Source: the human T2T-CHM13v2.0 reference genome, Homo sapiens
Assembly (NCBI RefSeq): GCF_009914755.1
Contig: NC_060931.1
Length of the DNA: 64,000 bases
Direction: 5' to 3' (one strand)
Each line of letters opens with the position of its first letter. The stretch's first letter is position 1. The notes beneath the pieces were generated by a model. The model was not told the origin of the DNA and did no database searches. It saw only the letters and a program-made list of their open reading frames with translations. Both the position numbers and the translations under genes were made by a program. Positions 14,590 through 29,741 of the stretch are shown here, one piece after another.

Positions 14590-14655
14590 ATGTTGCCCAC
14601 AAAGTCTAAAATATTTACTATGTGGTCCTTCACAAGGAAAATTTGCCAACCCATG
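14590..14655. mobile_element. MER58-like hAT-Charlie terminal fragment
   Basis: gcccacaaagtctaaaatatttactatgtggtccttcacaaggaaaatttgccaaccc. Confidence 0.7.
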
Positions 14656-14659
14656 ACAG

Positions 14660-16260
14660 AGATGATCTGAACAACACCACCATCCACTTTTAGTTAATTA
14701 TAAAACATTACACCCAACATCTACAGAGTATTTTAATATGTACATAATATATTCCGCAAGGCTAAATAGCATGTTGAATAAATTCAGAAGGACTTAAAAT
14801 ATACACAGTGTGTCTTTAACCAAAACAGAATTAAACTAGAAATTGATAATAAGATATTAGGAAAATTCCCAAAATCTGGAAATTAAGCAACCCACTACTA
14901 AATAACTCAAGAATCAAAAAGAAAGAAGGGGCCAAGGTGTGGTGGCTCATGACTGTAATCCCAGCACTTTGGAAAGCCAAGGCGGGCGGATAACAAGGTC
15001 AGCAGTTTGAGACCAGCCTGACCAACGTGGTAAAACCCCGTCTCTACTAAAAATACAAAAATTGGCCGGGCATGGTGGTGAATCAGAAGGCTGATGCAGG
15101 ACAATTGCTTGAACCTGGGAGGCAGAAGTTGCAGTGAGCCAAGACTGCACCACTGCACTCCAGCCTAGGCGACAGAGTGAGACCCCGTCTCAAAAAAGAA
15201 AAAAAAAAAAAGAAGGAAATTAGAAAAAAAACTGAAAATGAGAGAGAACACATACCACTCAACATATCAGAAAAGAGAGATAATCACTACAAATCTTACA
15301 AATATCAGAAAGATAATATTAGAAGCAATTTCATGCCAGAAAAATTTGACAATTTTGATCCAATATATGAGATTTTTGAGACACGCAACTCACTAAAAGT
15401 GAACAAAATGAACAGGAAAATCCAAATATCCCTACATGTACTTCAGATATAATTACTTATTGAAAACCTACCCACAAAGAATACTACAGGACCCAGTGCT
15501 TCAACTAGTGCATTCTATCAAACATCTTAAGGAAAGTAAACTAATAACTAAAAACATTTTCAGAAAATATAAGAGAAGGAAACAGTTACAAGTCATTTTG
15601 CAAGGCCACTATAGTCCAAATATCAAAACCTGACCAAGACATTACAAAAAATAACATGATATATAACTTATATATATAGATCCTTAATAAAACATTAACA
15701 AATATAATGCAGATATAAGTTGTTTTCAACAAGATCAGAAAAAATATTTGAAAAATGTAACACCCATTTGTAATGTAATCTCCCAGTAAATTGGGAATAG
15801 AAGAGAACTTCCTCATTCTGATAAAAGGTATCTATGAAAACCTAGAGTTTGCATCATACTAGATGGTACTTCCCCCTTTAGGATCAGGAGAAAGAAAAGG
15901 ACACCCATTCTTGCCACATCTATTCAATGTTGTACTGTAGATTACAGGTATTCAGAGAAAACGGAATACATAAATAAAATGTACAAAAATAAAAATAATA
16001 AAGTAACACTGTCTCTATTTGCAGATGACATGATAGATTACATAGAAAATCCTCAGTAATCTGTAAAAAAACTCTATAATTAACAAGTTAATTTAGCAAG
16101 GTGGCATGATACAAGGATAATATGAAAATATCTGCTGAAAATTGAAACAACTAGCAGGTGAATTTTTTAATATTCCATTTAAAATAGCATCCAAATCCCC
16201 CACAAAAAACTTAGGAATAAATTTAACCCAAATGAATATAAGACCTTTACACTAAAAAAT
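14660..16260 (+). mobile_element. Highly diverged L1M ORF2 fragments
   Basis: Landmarks such as ctgtctctatttgcagatgacatgat (16010-16033); A-rich. Confidence 0.7.
14929..15210 (+). mobile_element. AluS element with a short internal deletion in the right arm
   Basis: Alu consensus segments; ggtggtg joins directly to aatcagaaggctga; poly(A) tail. Confidence 0.93.
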
Positions 16261-17616
16261 GCAAAAAGAAGATAATTTTTTTCAAATTGATATATTTAAT
16301 TCTGCAGAGATAAAATTATTACATAGAAGACTGTTCCAACCCAAGCCCTATTATTTTATAATATAGTTATTTAAATTATTTTACAGTATAGTTGTTATAA
16401 TGTCACTTGATGTATGAAGTTGAAAAAGAGAAATATAAAAACCTGCATAATGTAACAGTGATTGAAGAAAGGCATCACATTTCTCTGACTGTAAAGAATA
16501 GAGTAATTTCCATGGGAGAGCTCATGAAGGAGACCACCATGTAATGAAGTTCTTTTGGCATGTACAGAAGTTCAACATTACACAAATATAAATATATTGC
16601 AAATAAAATTTCTGTCTAAAGCCATCAGTAGCAAATGTCTTCTTATATTTATTATTATACTATTTCCAATTCTAGGTAATAATAGTCTATTTTGAAAAAC
16701 ATAAGACAATGGCATTTCTCCTTTCAAAGACTAATTTTTATTAATAATATTGTAAAGAGATGAAAAAATAATGGATTACGAATTTTCCAATATAAACTTT
16801 ACCCAATTAAAATCTTTTTTTAATATTAGGGAATATTAGTCATCTTTCTTAAGAGTGATATGTCAGAGATGACCCCGATATGAAAGACTCAATAGATTAC
16901 TTTCTGGGTTGTAATCAAGCTCCACTTGGTCTGATTTTCAACTGAAAACTTGAGTCAAGTAATTACACAATTATTTGAATATAATGACACTATGATAGCT
17001 TGACTTGCAAACATACTTAAAATAAATGGATGAATGAGTAAATACCATCTGCTATATATGGCAGTGGCATTGTTTTTCTTCTTCAACTTCTAGAAAAATA
17101 TTAATCAATTATATATTATCCTATCATCCTTTATCTATTTCTGTTACAGTAACTACTACATTGCATACATAAGGTAACCTGTCTATATGTTGATTCTCCT
17201 ACTTTCCCATGAACTTCTCTGAAGGAGGAGACAATATATTATTCATCTCCAAATAATCATATATATTAATTTTTTAAAACCTAGAGAGAGAAATGTAGCA
17301 TTTTCATGTACTGGAAGATTGAATACTATTAAAATGGCACTTCTCACCAAATTGATCATTTCAAGGAAACTCCAATCCTAACCCAAGCAGTCCTTTTTGA
17401 GAAAATTGACATACAGGCTGATTCTAAATTTTCTTGGAAAGGAAAGGAACCTAGAACATCCAGAACAACCTTGACAAAAAATCGAAGTTAAAAACACTAC
17501 TGACAAAAGATAATGAAGAAAGTATGGCACTAGCATAAGGACTGACAAAACAGAGAAGAGTGGAACGAAAATGGTACACTTAAGAAATATATTTATTTAT
17601 CATTTTTTATTTATTC

Positions 17617-17925
<309 letters not shown>

Positions 17926-18536
17926 TAATACAACATATTTAAAACAAATCTTCAAAAGCTAGATACAACATCACTGGGACAAGTATGCCAAAGTAAATTT
18001 GGCCTTACTGTAGTCTGGAGACAATTTCAGTTACTTAAATCTTCCTAAAATCAAAAGATTGTATTTAATAATATATAAGATGCTAACACAAGATGAAAAG
18101 GTACTAAAGTTGAAAGGCAAATGAGACCAACAATGAGACAAATACATCAAATAATTTTTCAGATTTTTAAATGAAGGTGCTTTTGTGAAAATACCATTGC
18201 CTGCAAATTCTGAATTCTTTTTACATATGCCAATATACTGTTCTTATACTATCATCAAGACAGAAAAGTCCCAGCTGTTCTTTATTTTGCTGTAGCAAAC
18301 CAAATAAGAAACTTCTGTGCTGAAGAAGAAAGAAAGATAAACATATTGCATTAAAAAAAAAAGTTTCCATGGGACAGGAAAAGTCAGACAGCAGATATTT
18401 GGGGGAGGAAAAGGAACAAATTAACTTAATGAAACTACAGACCTCTTGTACTCAAAGCTTCATTGTTTGGAAGCTTTAAAAATTATTTTGTGTTTCTATA
18501 TAAAGCATAGTGATAAAATTGCCTTTCAGTAGAAAA

Positions 18537-19736
18537 GATTGAAATTTCATCCCTTCATTTCACCATATATAAAAATCAACTCACGATGGATTAAAGATTT
18601 AAACTATTAAAAACCCTAGCAGAAAGCTTAGGACATACCACTCTGAACATAGGCCTTGGCAAAGATTTCATGATGAAGTCTCCAAATGCAATTGCAACAA
18701 AACCAAAAATAGACAAATGGGACCTAATTAAACTAAAGAGCTTCTGCACAGCAAAAGAAACTATCAACACAGTAAACAGAAAACCTACAGAATGGGAGAA
18801 AATTTTTGCAAACTATGTATCCAACAAAGGTCTAATATCCAGAATCTATGAAGTACTTAAATCAACAAGCAAAATACAAACAACCCCATTAACAAAAGGG
18901 CAAAGGACATGAACAGACACTTCTCAAAAGAAGACATATAGGGAGCCAGCAAGCATATGAAAAAGCATATGAAAAAATGCTCCACATCACTAATCATGAG
19001 AGAAAAACAAATCAAAACCGCAATGAGATAGCATCTCATACCAGTAAGAATGGCTATTATTAAAAAGTCAGAAAATAACTGATGTTGGTAAGGTTATAGA
19101 GAAAAGAGAACACTTCTATACTGCTGGTGGGAATGTAAATTAGTTTAGCCACTGTGGGAAGCAGTTTGGAAATTTCACAAAGAAATTAAAACAGAACTAC
19201 AATTTGACCCAACAATCCCATTACTGGGCACATACCCAAAGGAATATAAATCATTCTGCTATAAAGACACATGGATGTATATGTTCACTGCCACTATTTA
19301 CAATAGCAAAGACATGGAATCAACCTAGATGCCCACCAATGGTAGACAGGATAAAGAAAATGTGGTACCTATACACCATGGAATACTATGCAGCCATAAA
19401 AAAGAACTAAATTATGTCCTTTGCAGCAACATGAATGCAGCTGGAGGCCATTATCCTCAACAAATTAATGCAGAAACAGAAAGCCAAATACCACATGTTG
19501 TCACTTATAAGTGGGAGCTAAACATTGAGCACACATGGACACAGAGAGGAACAACAGACACCAGAGCTTACTTGAGGGTGGAAGGTGAGGGTTGAAAAAC
19601 AACCTATCAGGTACTATGCTCACTATCTGGGTGGCAAAATTATTTGTACACCAAACCCCAACGATGTGGAATTTACCCATGTAACAAACCTGCACATGTA
19701 CCCCCTGAATGTAAAAGAAAAAAGAATAAATAAAAA
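18537..19736 (+). mobile_element. 5'-truncated older primate L1 (L1PA13-16/L1PB-like) 3' end
   Basis: ORF2 C-terminus [18 protein letters not shown]; 3' UTR with gggttgaaaaacaacctatcaggtactatgc; A-rich tail. Confidence 0.9.
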
Positions 19737-20136
19737 TGACATAAGAAAGCTCAAACAATTATCACCTTGAGCCCACCATCAGGGAAAATAATAAAATGGG
19801 TCAGATTCCTTCCCCTACTCCTAATCCCTATGCTTTAACACACATTCCAACCCCATTTCCAAATAAATTATCCTAGCTCAGGGTCTGTGACTGTTTAAGA
19901 CTGGTAGAGGGTAAAAGATGTTTTAGGTAATAACTGACTAATGTTTATCACAGTACTCACATATTAAAAACTGAGAGAAGAAAATTAAGATTAAGTGCTC
20001 TCTTCATGGTGCCTCAAATCCTAAATCTTATTTCAAGAGTTAAAAAGAAGAAAACCTATCCCAAGGAAGAGAGGTAATGCTTAAGAAAATTTTTTAAATG
20101 AAGATATGAGATAATATGTGAATTAATGACTTAGAC

Positions 20137-20673
20137 CAGCAGTTCCCAGCCTTTTTGGCAGCAGGGACTGGTTTCATGAAAGACAATTTTTCCACAGACT
20201 GGGAGGGTGGGGGATGGTTCGAGGGTGACTCAAGGGCATTACATTTATTGTGCACTTTATTTATATTATTATTACATTGTAATAAATCATGAAATAATTA
20301 TACAACTCACCATAATGTAAAATCAGTGAAAGCTCTGAGCTTGTCTTCCTGCAACTAGAAGGTCCCATCTGGGGTTGACAGGAGACAGTGACAGATCATC
20401 AGGCATTAGATTCTCATAAGGAATACACAATCTAGATCCCTCACATGCACAGTTCACAATAGCATTTGCACTCCCATAAGAATCTAATGCTGCGCTTGAT
20501 CTGATCTGACAGGAGAAGGCAGATCTCAGGTGGTAATACAAGCGATGGGGATGGGGGACTATAAACACAGTGAAGCTTCACTCTAGCCTGCCACTCACCT
20601 CCTGCTGTATGGCCTGGTTCCTAACAGGCCATGGATTGGTACCAGTCTGTGGCCAAGGAGTTGGGGATGCCTG
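20137..20673. mobile_element. MER1A hAT-Charlie DNA transposon
   Basis: Ends cagcagttcccagcct ... gagttggggatgcctg; 8-bp TSD acttagac/acttaaac; 537 bp. Confidence 0.9.
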
Positions 20674-21405
20674 ACTTAAACTATATTTCAGGAGGCTTAC
20701 TGAGTACAAATTAAGAAAGAATCCCCTTGTCAATTTCACTAGGCAAAAATAATGGATATTGATCTCTGTATACAATACTTATACCTTTAGTAGAAACACT
20801 TTACAACCATTATAATGTAAATAATTATATATGTCAAACATTTAAAAATATTACTGTTTACAATGTGTTTATGGTCAGTAAATTATAATTAGGCATAGGA
20901 AGATATTGTCATAAATTCATTGAACATGAACAATATGTTAAGTATAATGTAAAAAACAACTAATTTAAATTCCTTCTAGAAGATATAGCATCATTTTCAC
21001 CCTAAGCATAGGTACAGGATGCCGGGTATGGAGCAAAGCAATATGAAAATAGATTAAAAGATGGTTCAAATTTGCTTGTTATTTATGATGGACAATGGTA
21101 ACATGGACAATATTCTATCTGAATAATAACTATAAATTAATTAGCAATAGCAAATAAGGCAAAACAAATAGAAAAACCATTCTTCTTCATATAACCAATT
21201 ACAAAAGGCTAAATTTGAAAGTATTTTATAAAGATACATTCTATTAATGTCTTATCTTTTATTAGTGGGTAAAGTTTTATTTTTATTGTTGAAATCCTTA
21301 ACTGTGGGGATTCAACGTATTTTATAAATAGCTAGGATGCTTACTTACACATGGGGCATGTTCATTTAACTTTTTTTTTCCTTTTACCAGCCTCACATAA
21401 CATAC

Positions 21406-21482
21406 CTTAAAAAGTCTTTTGTAAGGTTCACAGTTATGGTCTGTACATCGCTTGGGTCCTTTTTCAGTGTCTAGAGATGAAA
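21406..21482 (-). CDS. ZPBP: ZPBP internal coding exon (probably exon 6), 77 bp, phase 1-0
   Basis: ttttctcag|TTTCATCTCTAGAC...TTTAAG|gtatgt. Translation (V)[25 protein letters not shown] is in frame with the preceding exon. Confidence 0.95.
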
Positions 21483-21993
21483 CTGAGAAAATATATTATA
21501 TTTTATCATGGGTATAATGTATTCTGTCACAATATTTAAATTGGATTTTGAAAAATGAAAGGATATTCTAACATTTCTCTTCCATTAAAATATTAAGCAA
21601 TTTTCCTAGTGCTAAATGACTCTTTAGCAAAAAACCTAAGTCAACAATTTGCTTTCTATAAATCAAGTCAACCTTATTTCTTCAGTGAACTTAAGAATTA
21701 ATCAACTTTCCTGATAATGTTTGGCTGTTGATTTTGTAAAATCTGAGCAACAGATTTGTTTCAATTTTAATAACATACATATGTATATGTATGTATACAT
21801 TTATGTGCATTCATTCAATACTGTATTTAACTCTATATAATATACTGTGTGTCATTTAACTCAATTCTTAATCTCTAGCTGCAAAATGATAGAGGTAGGA
21901 CAAACTCTGATCACAATACTGGAAAGGGAAATGAGGTTGGATTTTAGTAGGGGCCATGGTAACTAAAATGATGAATATTTACATTCAGACATA

Positions 21994-22085
21994 CATTCAT
22001 TTATTTAATAAATAATTGCCAGGAGCCTACTGTGTGCCAGGAATTACTCTAGGTGCTTGGGATACATAAGTGAACAAAATCAACA
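21994..22085 (-). mobile_element. L2 3'-end remnant
   Basis: cattcatttatttaataaata...gagcctactgtgtgccagg...ctaggtgcttgggataca...gtgaacaaaa. Confidence 0.7.
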
Positions 22086-23119
22086 AAATCCCATTGAATT
22101 TAGCAATGTAGAAATGAGTACTGTCTCTGCAAGATCATCTGAGAAATGTTCCTATTGTACTACAAGACTTAAAAAATACATGGAAAGAAATCTGATTTCT
22201 AGCCTGAGTTCTATAGGAGGTCTACTAATAAACACAGGTATAATGTAAAATAACATTTGAGGCCTCTACTCCAATTTGTAAAACAAGGGGCTGAATAATG
22301 TGATTTTTGTCACCCTTTCCAGTTATGAGGATATATTTAAAAACAAATACTTTACCCCAGCAATGAAAATCTCTATAATTTATCTACCAATCTTGACAAT
22401 TTTGTTTTTCCCATAACTCTACTTGGATGCTATCCATTCGCTATTCTACTCCAAATATTGCTCTATGATGCCTGTGTACATGACTTTAAGTTGTTCATTT
22501 TCCATAAAATTCTTCCAAAACACCAATAATTTTTCATGGGCCTCCTTAAGTGTTCATCTCCTTAATAACATCTTCACTTCCTTAGAACCCATAAAACACT
22601 TGGTAACTCTTCTACAGTATTTACATAAGTTGTACTATTATTATATGAATATTTTCTTTTTACTATAATATAATCTTGAAGAGGGATCCTTACTCTCCTT
22701 TACCAACATTTACCTAGTATGTCATGTAAAATATGTCTGATGGACAACTGTTGATATGAAGATCATAAAATTGATCATAAAAGTATGAATATATGCAGAG
22801 TATATTCCCAGAATAATGGGAAATCTTTATTTTGTTGTTTAAACATATTTCTTTCATACCTTCCCAAACCCATACATGGTGTGAAACTTCACTCTTGCCA
22901 TCTGAGTTGATATTATGAGGTACTATACAATATTATAGACAAGACAACAAAATCCAACCTAGTGATTTTATAAAATTAGATCAGTTAATTTCAGACAGAG
23001 GTCCAACTAGGGTCACAGACTTGGGGGAGAAAAGGTTTTATTTATATTCTATTTTTACCTTAAGTCCTTTTAAAAAATGAGATTATCTAAATCTAGGCCC
23101 AAGAAAAGTTAAATCTCTA

Positions 23120-23251
<132 letters not shown>

Positions 23252-24905
23252 TTATGAAAAGCACTAGCAAACTGTAGCCAGGTCTTTTAAGTATTAATAA
23301 CCTAAGGTACAGCTTTTGAATGGACTGTCCACAAAGTAATTCAGAAGGTGGCAGACCTGAGTCTACCAATGCATCATAAAATGATTATGAGATTGAATCA
23401 TCACGATGATGTAAAATTTTCTTACTTTTGAATCTTTATACAAGTTTAAGGCAATTTTTAACATTCATTAAGATCTACTATTCATGAAACTAATGCAAAA
23501 CTGTCAGAAACCACAAAATAGAATCAAAAGAAATATAAGGTCTTTTCTTATCTATCTTTTCAGAATCAGTATACACAAAAGATTGCTAAAGTAACAAATA
23601 TCTAGGAGACTGTTTCAGCCCAAGTCCAGTATTAATGGTGTCAACAGGCAACAGACATTATATCCATCCCCACCATATCAGGCAAACCACATGACACTCA
23701 TGTTTTCTGCATCAGCTATCTCCTCCTAAGCTTCTCGCACATCCCCTCTTTATTTAGGCTAGTTGACTAACCTCATCCTGTATACAATCACCTAGCTTTT
23801 TGTAAGATAAGTTTTCTACAAGATTAAAAAATAAAGAAGATAGGAATGATGCCAGCAAAAATAGTAAAGAAGAAAACTGCTGGCCACCTTTTTCCATAGA
23901 AACATGGAAAAAAATGAAGAAAAATGGTCAGAATCAACTTTTGTCAGAACTCCAGAAAATGATCAAATGTTTACAACAACCAAGTGAATGCTAAATCAAC
24001 AAAAGATAACTTCAACACAGAATATAAGAAAATCTCTGTCAAGTCAGTAGCTAACCACAAAGGTCAAAGAGAATTCAAAGGTTAAATATGTGTATGTAAC
24101 AAAAGTTCAGGTAAATGGAAGACAGACCTCAGAGGACATGACAAAAGATGCAGAAAATTATGAAACAAACAACTACAACCCATACAAGCAAGAAACATAC
24201 ACACTGAAGAGGCAGAAGGATCTGATTTCAAAAGTATCCATTACAATATTTTAAAATGCAAAGTTTTCAAAAAAAATAGTAGTTATATAAAGAAACAAGA
24301 ATGTATGGCCCATTCACAGAGAACAAAATATAATAGAAACTGTCCCTGAGGAAACACAGACATTGGACTTGCTGTATAAAAACTCTAAATCAGCTATCTT
24401 AAATATGCTCAAAGAACTAAAGAAAACCATGAACAAAGAACTAAATAGGGAAAATGATGCCTTCACAAATAGAGATTATCAATAAAGCAAAATAAGTTAC
24501 AGGACAAAATCTAATAAAAATTATGGAGCAGAAAATTGTTAACAACTGAAATGAGGAATTCACTAAACATTTTCAACAACAGATTTGAGCAAGCAAAAGA
24601 AAGAATTAGTGAACTTGAAGACAGTTCACTGAAATTATCCAGTCAGAGAAGAAAAAAAAAATTTTAAGTGAAGAGAACCTAAGACATCTGTGTAACAACA
24701 TCAAGTGTACCACCATATACATGATGGGAGACACAGAAGGAGAGAAAAATGAGAAAGTGGCAAAAAGAGTATTTGAAGAAATAATGGCCAAAATTTCCCA
24801 AATTTGATAAAACACATACAAGATAAATAGAATCCACATAGGGTAAATACAAGGAATCCCACACTGAGACAAATTATAATGAAATTTTCAAAAATCAAAG
24901 ACAGA

Positions 24906-25074
24906 AGCTTCTAGGTTGCTGAACATGCAGAGATACTGGGTGGTGGTGTGCCCAAAGTGGGCATGTAAGCTCCAGGCCCCTTCCCACATGCCTTGCCCTG
25001 TGCATCTTTTCCATCTGGCAGTACATCTGTATCTTCTGTAATATCATTTATAATAAATGGGCAACCATTTTTTA
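24906..25074 (+). mobile_element. MER21-like LTR fragment flanked by a 16-bp direct repeat
   Basis: agcttctaggttgctgaaca...ccccttcccacatgccttgccctgtgcatct...aataaa; flanks aaaaatcaaagacaga at 24890-24905 and 25075-25090. Confidence 0.75.
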
Positions 25075-27221
25075 AAAAATCAAAGACAGAGAGTCTTAAA
25101 AGCAGCAAGAAAGAAGTAATTTGTCACATACTAGGTGTCCACAATAAGACGAACATCAGATTTTTCATGAAAAACCACAGAGGATAGAAGGCAGTGGGAT
25201 GATATATTTAAAGAACTGAAATAAAAACACTTCAACCAAGAATCCTGTATCTGGCAAAACAAGCTGTCAAAAATGAAGGAGAATCTACGATCTTCCAAAA
25301 ATCAACAGCTGATGAAGAATAGATAGTAACTTGTTACTACAAACAAAAAAAGAATACTGGCAAAAGTAACTACACAGGAGTACATCTAGGTAAATATAAA
25401 ACGTAAATATAGATAAATATAACAGTCAGTATTCTTTTTTCACTCATCTTTTTTATATGATAATAATGACAAATGAATAAAACAATAATTACAATCTATG
25501 TTAGTGGATACACAATATATAGTAATGTAATTAGGGACAATAGCATAGAGAAGGAGTGACCTTCACAGGAGCAGAGTTTTGGAATACTATTATAACTAAG
25601 CTGGAATCAATTCAAACTAGTTTCTTACGAGTTTGAAATTCTAATTATAGTTCTCAGGTTAGCCACCAAGAAAACAACTAAAATATATTAATAAAATGAA
25701 ATGAGAAGGAAATTTAAACGGTATTCTATAAATAATGAAACACAAAAGAAGGTAGTAACAGGGACAATCAAACAAAAAAGATATGAGACATCTTCTGGTT
25801 TCTATTTGACATCTACGGAACTTGTCAGTTGTCAGGCCTGTATCAACAACAAAAAAATCCGCAACTTTTCTTAGACCCATCAGAAAATTGAGGTCACTGG
25901 GAAAACTGCAGCTTCCAAAAATGTAGAGGCAGATAGGTGTATACAGAGAATCACAACTTACCAGGAGCAGAAGCCTGCTACTGGAGCCATTACCAGGATA
26001 ATTTAAATTATAATTGAGGGACTGCTAAGAAGTTCAGAGTGGACAAGCTCCACAGTTAAAACTGCAATGAGGAGTATTCTTGGGCAGTAGGGGAGGGCTT
26101 CCAAACTTTCCTGAGCTTTATGTCTAGGAAACCCCACAAGTTCTCAGGGTTAAGACTGGAGGAAAATCTTGTGCTTCTAGCAAATGGAAGGAGAAAAGTA
26201 ACCACTTAGAAGTAAACCAAACCAAAGTACAACAGGAGCATCTGAAGTACAGCTAGTATTTTGGAAACCCCGCCTCAAGAGAAATACCTTAACAAAGTTT
26301 CATTTTTACCAGAGTCTCAATGACCTGGCGGAAGGGAAATACCAAATTCAAACCCCCTCTAGCCCTCTCAGTGTAAATTGAGAAAGAGAAGCACTTGTGA
26401 AGGTCTCAGGCGAAGGACTCAGGCTCTCTGAAAAAACTGAGAGCAAATCACAGACTTACAGGATGCTTACCCCCCATACATGCATACATTACCACTATAT
26501 TTACAGTGTTCCGTATAATGCCATGGTGTTATTATGGAAAGCATTTCAAGTCTTATTCAAGAAAAAGTCTTCATATCACTCAAAGACCATAGGAAAGACA
26601 ATAACAAGACGATAAAAAAAAATGTAGCCTCTAGTACTACGATAAACAGTAAACAAAGCCCAAATCCCAGACAGATAAACAGAAATATCACACACTAAAA
26701 GAACTATTTAACTAATTTTTTACTACCTAGTGCATAATGTTCAGCTTTCCACACACATACACACACACAAAAATGGAAAACATACTAAAAGTCAATTAAA
26801 CACAGTTTCAAGAAACAGAGCAACCATCAAAACCAAACTCAGATACAGCAGAGATTTGGGAATTATGGTACAGAAATGTAAAATAACTATGAATAACATG
26901 CTAAGAGTTCTAATGGAAAAAATGGGACAAGATGCAAGAACAGAATGGATAATGCAGTGAGAGAAATGGAAACTCTAAGAATCACAAGGAAATGCTAGGT
27001 ATCAAAATCACTTTAACCAAAATGAAGAATGCCTTTGATGAGCCCATCAGTGGGGCTGGGGGAAAGAATTAAATAGATTGAAGCTTGAAAATACATCAGT
27101 AGAAATTTCTCAAAAGAAGAATTAAAAAAACAAGAAAAGAATATCCAAGAACTGTGGAATAATAGCATAAGTTGTATAATATACAAAATGGTAATGCCAG
27201 AAGGAGAAGAAAAAAAGGAAA

Positions 27222-28145
27222 AAGTGCTTAACATCACCAATAATCAGGGAAATGCAAATGAAAACCACAATGGGATATCATCTCATGCCTGCAGGATGGC
27301 TGTTGTCAAAAAGATGATAGATAATGTAGTGGTGACGGTGTGGAGAAACTGGAACCCTTGTACGCTGTTAGTAGGAATGTATGTTGGTACAACAATTGTA
27401 GAAAACAGTATAGAGGTTACTAAAGAAATTAAAAATAGAACTACCATTTGACCAAGCAATCCCTCTTCTGGGTACATATCCAAAAGAAATGAAACCACAA
27501 CCTCATACATTTATCTATGCTCCCATGTTCACTGCAGCATTATTCATAACAGCCAAGATATGGAAATAACCTAAGTGTTCAATCATGGATGACTGGATAG
27601 ATATAAATAAATATATAAATAATGCATTATACACACACACACAGAGGAATATTATTCAGCCTTAAAAAAGGAGATTCTGCCATTTGCCACAATACAGATG
27701 AACCTGAAGGACATATGTTAAGTGAAATACTATAGGCTCAGAAAGAAAAATACAGAATGATCTCACTTTAAGAAAAAAAACATTGAATACATAAAAGCAG
27801 GAAGTAGAATGGTGGTTACCCAGGGGCAGGGCAGGGGTGGGAGTAATAAGGAGATGTGAATCAAAGTGTACAAAGTTGTAGTTAAGAAGGATGAATAAAT
27901 CTAGAGATCTGATGTTCTGATGTACCACACGAGGACTCTAGTTAATAATACGGTATTATATGCTAAAAACTTGCAAGAAGAGTCATTTTACCATGAGTCA
28001 TGCTCTTACCATGGGGTGGAGGGGAAAAGAAAGATAATGATGTGAAATAATAGATATGTTAGTTTGCTTGACTTGCAATAGTTATTTTAATATATACATA
28101 TATGTGTATAAACATGTTGTATAACTTAAATTTATAGTTAAAAAT
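27222..28145 (+). mobile_element. L1MA-type 3' end
   Basis: atcagggaaatgcaaatgaaaaccacaatg ... agtagaatggtggttaccca ... atgaataaatctagagatct ... catgttgtataacttaaat. Confidence 0.85.
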
Positions 28146-29741
28146 TGTTTTAAAAAGTCAATTGCTTTCCTATGTACTTGTAATAAACAACTGTAATTTG
28201 AAAACAATGAAATGCCATTACACTAACAAAAATGAAATATATAACAAAATATGTGCAATATCTGTATGAGGAAAACTGTAAAACTCTGATTAAAAAAATC
28301 AAAGATCTAAGTAAATAAAAAGATATTCCATGTTCATAGATAGGAAGATCCACTATTGTTACAATGTCAGTTCTTGCCAATTTGATATATACTTTAAACT
28401 CAGTGACACTCAAAATATCAGTAAAATATTTTGTGTTTATCTACAAACTGATTCTAAAATTTATGTGAAAAGGCAAAAGACCTAGAAGAGCCAACACATT
28501 ATTAAAGGCAAGAAATACAGAGGACCAACATTACCCAACTTCAGGACTTACTATAAAACTACAGAATTCAAGATAGTATAGTACTGATGAAAGAACAGAC
28601 AAAGAGACCAATGTAAGTGAACAGAAATCCCAGAAATATACCCATGTTAATATATTCAACTGATCATTCACAAAGGAAAAAAACGGCAATTCAAGGGAGA
28701 AAATATAGTCATTTAAAAAATGATGCTTGACCAACTGGATATCCACATGCAAATAAATCTAGACTTATACCTTTCACCAAAATTAACTTCATAATATAAT
28801 CACAGACATCTTTGTAAAATACACAAAACTGGAAAGTTGGAAACAAAGAAAATTAAAGTGACCTTGGGTTTGTTAATGACTTTTTACATACAAATTTGCA
28901 TGTAAAAATGTGTGTGTCTATACTTTGCTCAATTTTTCTGTAAAAATTGTAAAAACTGCTCTAAAAATAGTCAATGTAAAAAAAACCCACACAACATAGA
29001 AAATGTGCAGCAAAAAGGCAAAAGTAAGTCCTCCCTTATCAGTAATAATTTCAAATATAAGTGGTTTAATTTAAAGGCACCAATTAAAAGGCAGAAGTGG
29101 ACATAATGGATAAAAATGCAGGATCTAACTATTGTCTGCAAGAGATTCACCTTAGGTGCAAAAACAGAAAAATAGGTTAAAAGTAAAGGGATGAAAAAAG
29201 ATATTTTGTGCAAATAGTCATCAAATCTAGACAAAATGGACAAATTGCTGGAAACACACTACTCTACCAAAACTAACTCAAGAAGAAACAAAAATATAAA
29301 CAGATCTCTACACAAACATCAGAGAAAATAAACTTTAAGTCAAAAATTGTTACAAGATGCAAAGAAATGCATTATATTTTGATAAAAGGGCCAATCTATT
29401 AAAGAAGATATAACATTTATAACTATATAGGCCTCAACAACAGAGTCCCAAATTATATGAAGAAAAAACTGACAGAACTGAAGGGAAAAGCAGATAATAA
29501 TAGTGGAAGACATCAATACTGCACCTTCAATATTGAATATAAAAGGCAGAAGATCAATAAGCAGATAGAGCACTTGAACAACACTAGATCTATACAATAT
29601 ACACAGGACCCTCCACCCAACAACAGGAGAATACACATACTTCACAAGTACACATGAAACATTCCTCCAGGAAGACCATATGTGTAACCACAAAAGAGTC
29701 TCAGTAAGTATAAGAAGATGAAAATGATATAAAGCAGCTTC

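Noticed and set aside
29220-29335. Out-of-order L1 ORF2 snippet resembling 30975-31050
   Set aside because: Too diverged to tell local duplication from an independent L1 fragment without alignment.
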